From a virus, in the IMG/VR virus record IMGVR_UViG_3300023179_000019: a stretch of DNA of 64,000 bases. The stretch is one strand, 5' to 3'. The notes under the pieces were generated by a model. The model made no database searches, was not told the DNA's origin, and saw nothing but the letters and a program-made list of their open reading frames with translations. Positions within the stretch are counted from its first letter, which is position 1; every line of letters starts with the position of its first letter. This document shows positions 57,519 through 64,000 of the stretch, in pieces. The translations under genes were made by a program, and so were the position numbers.

Positions 57519-59227
57519 TGAATGTATTAGGAATAAATCCAGGACATAATGGTTCTGCTGCATTAGTCTCTGACAATAAACTTATGTTTTATGTTGAAGA
57601 AGAACGTTTAAGCCGTAACAAATATGACGGTAATCCTTTCCTTGGTATCATGCAGATTATGGAAGATTACCCACTAGATAGAATTATTATTGGTGGAACA
57701 GGCCAAAAAGAATCTTTGGGTACTTTGCCTTGGACAGGTGAGGATCCTTTCACATCATTAATTAGAAAAAAATTAAATACAAATGGTATCGATGTGATGT
57801 ATGCAGGTGAAAGTCACCACGTTGGTCATGCAGCATTATCTTTTTATAATTCGGGTTTCGATAAAGCAATTTCTATTGTAGTTGATGGATGTGGTTCTTT
57901 TACCAGAAATAACGAAAATGGTCTCTGTGGATTTGAAACAGATACAGTTTTTGTTTGTGAGTATCCTAATAAGTTTGAATTAATCAGTAAAAAACTGTGT
58001 TATACTCCTCAACAAAACTCTATGGAATATTTTGATGGCACCTCAGAATATAGTGTAGGTGCTCCCACAGTTAAAGTCTATGAAGGCGTTACAGATTATT
58101 TGGGTTTTGGTTTTATTGAAGCTGGCAAAACAATGGGTTTAGCACCTTACGGTAAACCAGATGAAAACATTCCACAGCTATACATCAATGGTCGTGGCAA
58201 CCAAAACGTATTCATGCCTTTGTATCCTGCTGGAACAAGAATCAACCAGTTACTCAATCCATACCTAAGACAAACTTTTGATCCAAAAGAATGGCATAGA
58301 GATCCAGAAAAGATCCCACAAGTATCCAAAAACTTGGCATACGCAGTTCAAAAAGAATCTCAAGAATTGGTTTTAGAAGCAATCAAAAAAGCAATCGAAT
58401 TAACAGGTATCAAAAAAGTTTGTATCTCTGGTGGTTACGGACTAAATTGTACTGCCAATTACTTCTTTAGAAAGAGCCTTCCATCTGATGTTGAACTTTG
58501 GTGTGAACCAATTTCTCATGATGGTGGTACATCTATTGGTTTGGCTATGATCGCTTGTAGAAACGAAACCCAATCATCTGACGTTTACAAATCAAAATCA
58601 ATTTATCTAGGTAAACAATACGATCCATCAACTTATTTAAATGATGTGAACGAAGATGAATTTGAAATTGAATCTGTAGAACCTAAAGATGTTGCCAAAC
58701 TAATTTCTGATAGAAATATTGTTGCACTTTTCCAGGGTCGTGCTGAAGCAGGTCCTAGAGCTCTAGGTAACAGGTCAATTCTTTATGATCCAAGAGATCC
58801 AGACGGCAAACAATTTGTAAATATTGTCAAAGGTCGTGAATGGTTTAGGCCTTTTGCAGGTTCTATGCTTAAAGAAGATGCTAAACATTGGTTCGATATG
58901 GCCGGAATGGAAGAATCTCCATTCATGATGTATGCTATTGATGTACAGTCTGACAAAGCACATCTGATTCCTTCTATCATCCATGTCGATGACACATGCC
59001 GTATTCAAACTGTTACAAAAGAACAGAATGAACACTATTACAATTTGATTAGTGAATTTAAGAATATCACGGGTGTTCCAATCGTGTTCAATACTAGCTT
59101 TAACTTGGCAGGCGAACCATTGGTAGAAACTATCAAAGATGCGTTACACACACTCAGAAGTTCTAAGATGAACTATCTGTATCTACCAGAGATTGGAAAA
59201 CTTCTGACTAAGAAGGTAAAGAGTTAA
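57518..59227 (+). CDS. carbamoyltransferase (NodU/CmcH/TobZ family)
   Basis: EEERLSR.K, HHVGHA, GKTMGLAPYG, GG.GLNC.AN, GPRALGNRSIL, REWFRPFA, NTSFN. Confidence 0.95.
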   Translation: MNVLGINPGHNGSAALVSDNKLMFYVEEERLSRNKYDGNPFLGIMQIMEDYPLDRIIIGGTGQKESLGTLPWTGEDPFTSLIRKKLNTNGIDVMYAGESHHVGHAALSFYNSGFDKAISIVVDGCGSFTRNNENGLCGFETDTVFVCEYPNKFELISKKLCYTPQQNSMEYFDGTSEYSVGAPTVKVYEGVTDYLGFGFIEAGKTMGLAPYGKPDENIPQLYINGRGNQNVFMPLYPAGTRINQLLNPYLRQTFDPKEWHRDPEKIPQVSKNLAYAVQKESQELVLEAIKKAIELTGIKKVCISGGYGLNCTANYFFRKSLPSDVELWCEPISHDGGTSIGLAMIACRNETQSSDVYKSKSIYLGKQYDPSTYLNDVNEDEFEIESVEPKDVAKLISDRNIVALFQGRAEAGPRALGNRSILYDPRDPDGKQFVNIVKGREWFRPFAGSMLKEDAKHWFDMAGMEESPFMMYAIDVQSDKAHLIPSIIHVDDTCRIQTVTKEQNEHYYNLISEFKNITGVPIVFNTSFNLAGEPLVETIKDALHTLRSSKMNYLYLPEIGKLLTKKVKS

Positions 59228-59831
59228 CAAACTCTAATAAATTTTGAAAGGTTTTGGTTCTCATTCTCAAATCTCGATTGGCGAATGAGTCCAACTTTTC
59301 TAAAGTTTCTTGATAATTACCAGTCTTAACTAAAACAGGTACGCAACCTAAAGAGTTTCCAGCTTTAAGGTTGCGTATTTTATTTCCGACAAAATAACCA
59401 CCTTTAAATTTTATTCTTTGTTCTTTTTCGGCTTTCTTCATCATGCCAGTATTTGGCATAGAATAGATATCTTGTTTCATATTGGTAGTTGAGTACAATA
59501 CACCATCAATACTTTGTATTCCATACTCACCGAATATTTCCATCATACGCATATTTGTACGGTCAACGTCATCTACAGTCAATATTCCCTCACTAATTAA
59601 TGGTTCGTTGAAGAAAATAGAAACCTTGTAACCTTTAAGACGTAAAAGTTTAATGGCTTCTAAAGAACCTTCAACTGGAACAACATCGTCTGGAGTCTTT
59701 ATTTGACACTCACGTAATATTACACCAGTTCTTTCAATAGCAACAACACCGGTATTAAAAACTTCCGGCCAAGGTTCTAAATTCTTGAATCCTGAAACAG
59801 TTGCAATTTTATTATCATATCTTCCCATCAT
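59208..59831 (-). CDS. GmhB/HisB-like HAD IIIA protein with degenerate catalytic motifs
   Basis: GSLEAI..L..KGY, PNTGMM, YFVG, VLVKTG; DxD replaced by ERT. Confidence 0.7.
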   Translation of the reverse strand: MMGRYDNKIATVSGFKNLEPWPEVFNTGVVAIERTGVILRECQIKTPDDVVPVEGSLEAIKLLRLKGYKVSIFFNEPLISEGILTVDDVDRTNMRMMEIFGEYGIQSIDGVLYSTTNMKQDIYSMPNTGMMKKAEKEQRIKFKGGYFVGNKIRNLKAGNSLGCVPVLVKTGNYQETLEKLDSFANRDLRMRTKTFQNLLEFVNSLPS

Positions 59832-59920
59832 TATTCCTTAAACATAAATAGTCCATTACCTCTCATTGTATTATATATTGATCTAAAAAGTCAAATAAAT
59901 ACTAACAAAATGGAATCAAC

Positions 59921-60694
59921 ATGGCCACAATTACCACTAGAGTTGCTTTTAAAGAATATTGTTTACGCAGATTAGGTTTTCCAGTCATCGATATTAACGT
60001 GGATGATGACCAAGTGGAAGACCGAATTGATGATGCCTTACAGTACTGGCAAGATTACCATTTTGATGGTCTACAAAAAGTCTATTACATCAAAAGAGTG
60101 GATCAAACCGATGTTGACCAAAAGTATATAGATTTAAGCAATGTTACCGACAGTTCAAATAACGCACTAGAGATTGTTGGTATATCACGTATATTTCCAA
60201 TTCAAGATTCTCAGGCAACTATTAATATGTTTGACCTTAGATATCAACTAAGATTAAACGAATTGTATGACTTTACATCAGCGTCCTACATCAACTACAC
60301 ACTAACACAACAGCATCTACGTTCATTGGAGTTAATGTTTACTGGAGAAGTTCCTATTCGATTCCAAAGACATATGCGTAGGTTGTACATAGATTGGGCC
60401 TGGGGTTCATCACAATCACCAGTTGGTACTGTGGTAGTTGCCGAAGCTTATGCAAATATCGACCCTACGGTATACACCAGAGTTTGGAATGACCGTTGGT
60501 TGAAAGAATATGCAACTGCTTTAATCAAAAGAAGTTGGGGAAACAACATTAAAAAATTTAATGGACTACAATTGCCTGGCGGTGTTACATTAAATGGTGA
60601 TAAAATTTATAATGAGGCCGTTGCAGAAATTGAAAAACTAGAACAAGAAATGCAAGTTGAATATGGTGCACCACTTGAATGGTTCATGAATTAA
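59921..60694 (+). CDS. gp13: neck protein gp13
   Basis: YCLRRLG.PVI.INVDDDQ, YHFDG, LPGGVTLNG. Confidence 0.95.
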   Translation: MATITTRVAFKEYCLRRLGFPVIDINVDDDQVEDRIDDALQYWQDYHFDGLQKVYYIKRVDQTDVDQKYIDLSNVTDSSNNALEIVGISRIFPIQDSQATINMFDLRYQLRLNELYDFTSASYINYTLTQQHLRSLELMFTGEVPIRFQRHMRRLYIDWAWGSSQSPVGTVVVAEAYANIDPTVYTRVWNDRWLKEYATALIKRSWGNNIKKFNGLQLPGGVTLNGDKIYNEAVAEIEKLEQEMQVEYGAPLEWFMN

Positions 60695-60695
60695 G

Positions 60696-61592
60696 ATGGC
60701 AACCAGTCCTTATTTTAATAATTATAACTCTAAAGCTGAGCAAAGAGTTTACGAAGATTTAATTGTTGAGTCCATTAAGATAATGGGATTCGATGGTTAC
60801 TATTTACCCAACGACAATGATCAGGCCCGTGATCTTTTATATGGTGAAGATCCAGTTAAAAAATTTCAAACAGCATTTCCAATCGAATTTTATTTGTCAA
60901 ATGTATTAGAGTACGGTGGAGAAAAAGAATTCTTTTCAAAATTTGGTTTACAAATTAAAAACAATGCTTCAGTTATTGTTTCCAAAAGGTCTTTTGCTCA
61001 AAGAGTTCCGCCACATTTAGTAAGACCCCGTGAGGGAGATTTAATCTATGTACCGTTTTTAAATGGTACAGGTGAACTATATGAAATTAAATTTGCTGAT
61101 CAAGACAAAGAATTTAACACACTAGGAAGAAAAGTACCCTATTTTTATGAACTAGATTTAGAAAAATTCAAATACTCTCAAGAACTTATCGATACTGGTA
61201 TTGGAGATATTGATCAAGTCACGACAGATAATTCATACTCTATCGATTTGACTACCGGCACAGGATCAGGAACATATGAATTAAATGAGGTTGTTTTTCA
61301 ATCCAGTAGCAATACGGGAAATATATTACTTGCTTATGCTAATGCAACAACACTTGCAACCGTTAAATCTTGGACCCCAGGTTCAAATACATTATCTGTT
61401 ATCGATATCAATGGTGAATTTATTGATGGCCGTAAAATTATAGGTTACACAAGCAATGCAAGATATACATTGAGTACATATGATCCATTAAATGTGAACG
61501 TTGCACACGAAACATATGACAACCTATACATTAAAAACCAAGCCAATTCAATCATAGATTTTTCCGAATCAAACCCTTTTGGTAGCATATAA
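60696..61592 (+). CDS. gp14: neck protein gp14
   Basis: ESIKI.G..YLP, FSKFG, RPREGDLIY, DFSESNPFG. Confidence 0.93.
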   Translation: MATSPYFNNYNSKAEQRVYEDLIVESIKIMGFDGYYLPNDNDQARDLLYGEDPVKKFQTAFPIEFYLSNVLEYGGEKEFFSKFGLQIKNNASVIVSKRSFAQRVPPHLVRPREGDLIYVPFLNGTGELYEIKFADQDKEFNTLGRKVPYFYELDLEKFKYSQELIDTGIGDIDQVTTDNSYSIDLTTGTGSGTYELNEVVFQSSSNTGNILLAYANATTLATVKSWTPGSNTLSVIDINGEFIDGRKIIGYTSNARYTLSTYDPLNVNVAHETYDNLYIKNQANSIIDFSESNPFGSI

Positions 61593-62587
61593 TGTCAACA
61601 AATATACAATACCATCGTGTCATTAGAAAACTTGTTGTAGGATTCGGTGATTTATTTAATAACATCACACTGGTAAGATATAATCCAGACAATACTGAAG
61701 CCGAGAGAATGATTGTTCCTATTGCATATGCTTCAAAAGAATTGTATGTGATGAGATTGCAAGACGATCCAGATTTATCTAAAAAGGTAATGATGACATT
61801 GCCTAGAATGTCATTTGAAATGACTGGATTAAGTTACGATTCATCAAGAAAACAAAACACAAACATCAAACAATTTGCCAAAACAAGTGGTGGCGTTGTG
61901 TCTCAGTACAATCCAGTACCATATGATTTTGATTTTTCTTTATATTTGTATGTCAGAAATATTGAAGATGGTACTCAAATCATCGAACACATTCTTCCAT
62001 ATTTTACACCAGATTATACAATTAAACTGAATCTTATTCCCGAGATGGGAATAGTTAAAGAAATACCTATTATCTTAAAAAATACTGATTATGAAGTTAG
62101 GTATGAAGGCAACAGAGATTCAGAAACAAGAACAATCATTTGGACTTTAAATTTTACGGTTAAAGGTTTTATATTTGGTAAAACATCAGAAGTTGGTTTA
62201 ATTAAAACTTCAATTACAAATATATTTAACAACATCACATCCGAAGATTTGATTGCCTTTAATATGGCAAATACAGGAACAGGATTTTACCAGACCGGAG
62301 AATTAGTTTATCAAGGTTATTCACCCGCAACTGCAACTGCAACAGGTAAGGTTGCTCTTTGGGCTAACAACATACACAAATTAACGCTGACTGAAATTAA
62401 TGGAAATTTTGTTTCAGGAACTCCAATTGTTGGTATGAAAACAAATGCAAACTATTCATTTGTTTCTTATAAAGTGGCACCAGAAAAATTAGCAAAAATA
62501 GTTGTAACAACTAATCCTGCAAATGCTAATGTAAATTCCCATTATACATATACAACCACTATAACGGAAGCACCAGACATAGATTAA
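61592..62587 (+). CDS. gp15: tail terminator/sheath stabilizer gp15
   Basis: FG.LFNNI, VPI.Y, LPRMSFE, QIIE.ILPYF.P. Confidence 0.93.
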   Translation: MSTNIQYHRVIRKLVVGFGDLFNNITLVRYNPDNTEAERMIVPIAYASKELYVMRLQDDPDLSKKVMMTLPRMSFEMTGLSYDSSRKQNTNIKQFAKTSGGVVSQYNPVPYDFDFSLYLYVRNIEDGTQIIEHILPYFTPDYTIKLNLIPEMGIVKEIPIILKNTDYEVRYEGNRDSETRTIIWTLNFTVKGFIFGKTSEVGLIKTSITNIFNNITSEDLIAFNMANTGTGFYQTGELVYQGYSPATATATGKVALWANNIHKLTLTEINGNFVSGTPIVGMKTNANYSFVSYKVAPEKLAKIVVTTNPANANVNSHYTYTTTITEAPDID

Positions 62588-62588
62588 T

Positions 62589-63005
62589 ATGAATACCTTT
62601 GATAAAAAGATGGAAGAAGTTTTTGATTTGGCACCAATTAAAGAAGAAAAAAAAGAAAAACTTCCTACGGTATCGGTGTCTTATAACAAACCAGATTTAA
62701 AACAAGATTTGACTGATGCATATCAACAGTCAAAAGAAAATTTACAAAATATCATTGATCAAGGTCAAGAAGCAATGGAAGAAATTCTAAACATTGCTAA
62801 GGCAGGCCAACATCCAAGAGCGTTTGAAGTTTATGGAACACTATTGAAAAATATGGTTGATGCCAATAAAGAACTTTTAAACATTCAAAAGCAAATGCGT
62901 GATATGGATGAAGAAAAGAAACAAAAAACCGGTACAAATATAGATAAAGCTATATTTGTTGGTTCTACTGCTGAATTAAACAAACTGATCAAAGGCAAAA
63001 GTTAA
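62589..63005 (+). CDS. gp16: terminase small subunit gp16
   Basis: HPRAFEV, FVGSTAEL. Confidence 0.92.
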   Translation: MNTFDKKMEEVFDLAPIKEEKKEKLPTVSVSYNKPDLKQDLTDAYQQSKENLQNIIDQGQEAMEEILNIAKAGQHPRAFEVYGTLLKNMVDANKELLNIQKQMRDMDEEKKQKTGTNIDKAIFVGSTAELNKLIKGKS

Positions 63006-64000
63006 TGGTCATCAATACAAAAGATTCGTATCGTGACAATCCACTCTTAAAAAAAGTAGGCGTAGAACATCAATATACAGAAGATCAGGTAGAAGAATAC
63101 ATTAAGTGTTCTAAAGATCCTGTTTATTTCTGTATGAACTACATCAAAATTGTAAACGTTGATGAAGGTTTGATGTCATTTAGAATGTGGGACTTTCAAA
63201 AAGAAATGATTAATCTTTTTAAAGATAATCGTTTTGTTATCACTAAATGTCCTCGACAGGTTGGTAAAACTACCACAACAGTTGGTTATCTTCTTTGGGC
63301 AACAATTTTTACTGATGCACAAAACGTTGCCGTTCTTGCCAACAAGGGCGCTTTAGCAAGAGACATATTGGCAAAATATCAACTCGCATATGAAAATTTA
63401 CCTCAATGGTTGCAACAAGGTGTTGTTACGTGGAATAAAGGTAACGTAGAATTAGAAAATGGATCTAAAGTAATTGCAGCCTCAACATCATCATCTGCAA
63501 TTCGCGGAGGTTCTTTCAATATCGTATTTTTGGATGAATTTGCGTTCGTACCCAACAACATTGCCAACGAATTCTTTAACTCTGTTTATCCTGTAATTTC
63601 ATCAGGTAAAACTTCCAAGATTATTATTGTTTCTACTCCCAACGGTATGAATCTGTTCTATAAACTTTGGATGGATTCATTAGAAGGCAGAAACGACTAT
63701 AAGAATTTTGAAATTCATTGGTCGATGGTACCAGGACGTGATGAAAAGTGGAAAGAAGAAACCATACGAAACACTTCACAAAGGCAGTTCGACCAAGAGT
63801 TTAACACCGAATTTTTGGGTTCTTCAAATACCCTCATTTCTGGTTACAAATTACAACAATTAAGATATATCGATCCTATATCAGAACATGATAAGATGAA
63901 GATATATGAATACCCTATCAAAGAAAACGGGGAAGATATCAAATCGGATCATTTGTATTGTGTTACGGTTGACGTTTCTGAAGGAAAAAATCTAGACTCA
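63005..64000 (+). CDS. gp17: terminase large subunit gp17 (partial, runs off window)
   Basis: ATG 63005; DPVYF, PRQVGKT Walker A, FLDEFAF Walker B, STPNG. Confidence 0.95.
   Translation, partial: MVINTKDSYRDNPLLKKVGVEHQYTEDQVEEYIKCSKDPVYFCMNYIKIVNVDEGLMSFRMWDFQKEMINLFKDNRFVITKCPRQVGKTTTTVGYLLWATIFTDAQNVAVLANKGALARDILAKYQLAYENLPQWLQQGVVTWNKGNVELENGSKVIAASTSSSAIRGGSFNIVFLDEFAFVPNNIANEFFNSVYPVISSGKTSKIIIVSTPNGMNLFYKLWMDSLEGRNDYKNFEIHWSMVPGRDEKWKEETIRNTSQRQFDQEFNTEFLGSSNTLISGYKLQQLRYIDPISEHDKMKIYEYPIKENGEDIKSDHLYCVTVDVSEGKNLDS

Overview
A 64-kb segment of an AT-rich T4-like myovirus genome. The host is probably a betaproteobacterium, inferred from a Bug/TctC gene and a two-piece tmRNA with an ANDxxxxLAA tag. 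1-15.9 kb (+): early/middle and accessory genes (2OG-Fe oxygenase, metallophosphoesterase, DEDDh exonuclease, GalE-like epimerase, Bug, DenV-like glycosylase, PD-(D/E)XK exonuclease, secreted SNase, permuted tmRNA, SleB-like hydrolase, gp33, gp59, gp32, a permease and a porin). 15.9-22.1 kb (-): gp4, gp2, gp54-like, gp26/gp51 and two paralogous tape-measure-like genes. 22.1-53.4 kb (+): baseplate genes (gp48, 53, 27-like, split gp5, 25, 6, 7-like, 8, a split giant DUF4815-type protein) and a modular fibre array. 53.4-59.8 kb: a fibre-tip cassette with a Cys/Gly-rich adhesin next to modification enzymes. 59.9-64 kb: gp13, 14, 15, 16 and the start of gp17. Main discoveries: (1) a probable -1 programmed frameshift joining gp26 to gp51, placed like the lambda G/GT tail chaperone; (2) a circularly permuted tmRNA whose intervening segment carries an SD-led hydrophobic ORF that processing would make non-stop; (3) a Cys-rich adhesin clustered with a glycosyltransferase, a carbamoyltransferase and two degenerate enzymes, a candidate virion-decoration system. 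Family assignments come from motif recognition and synteny, not database searches.
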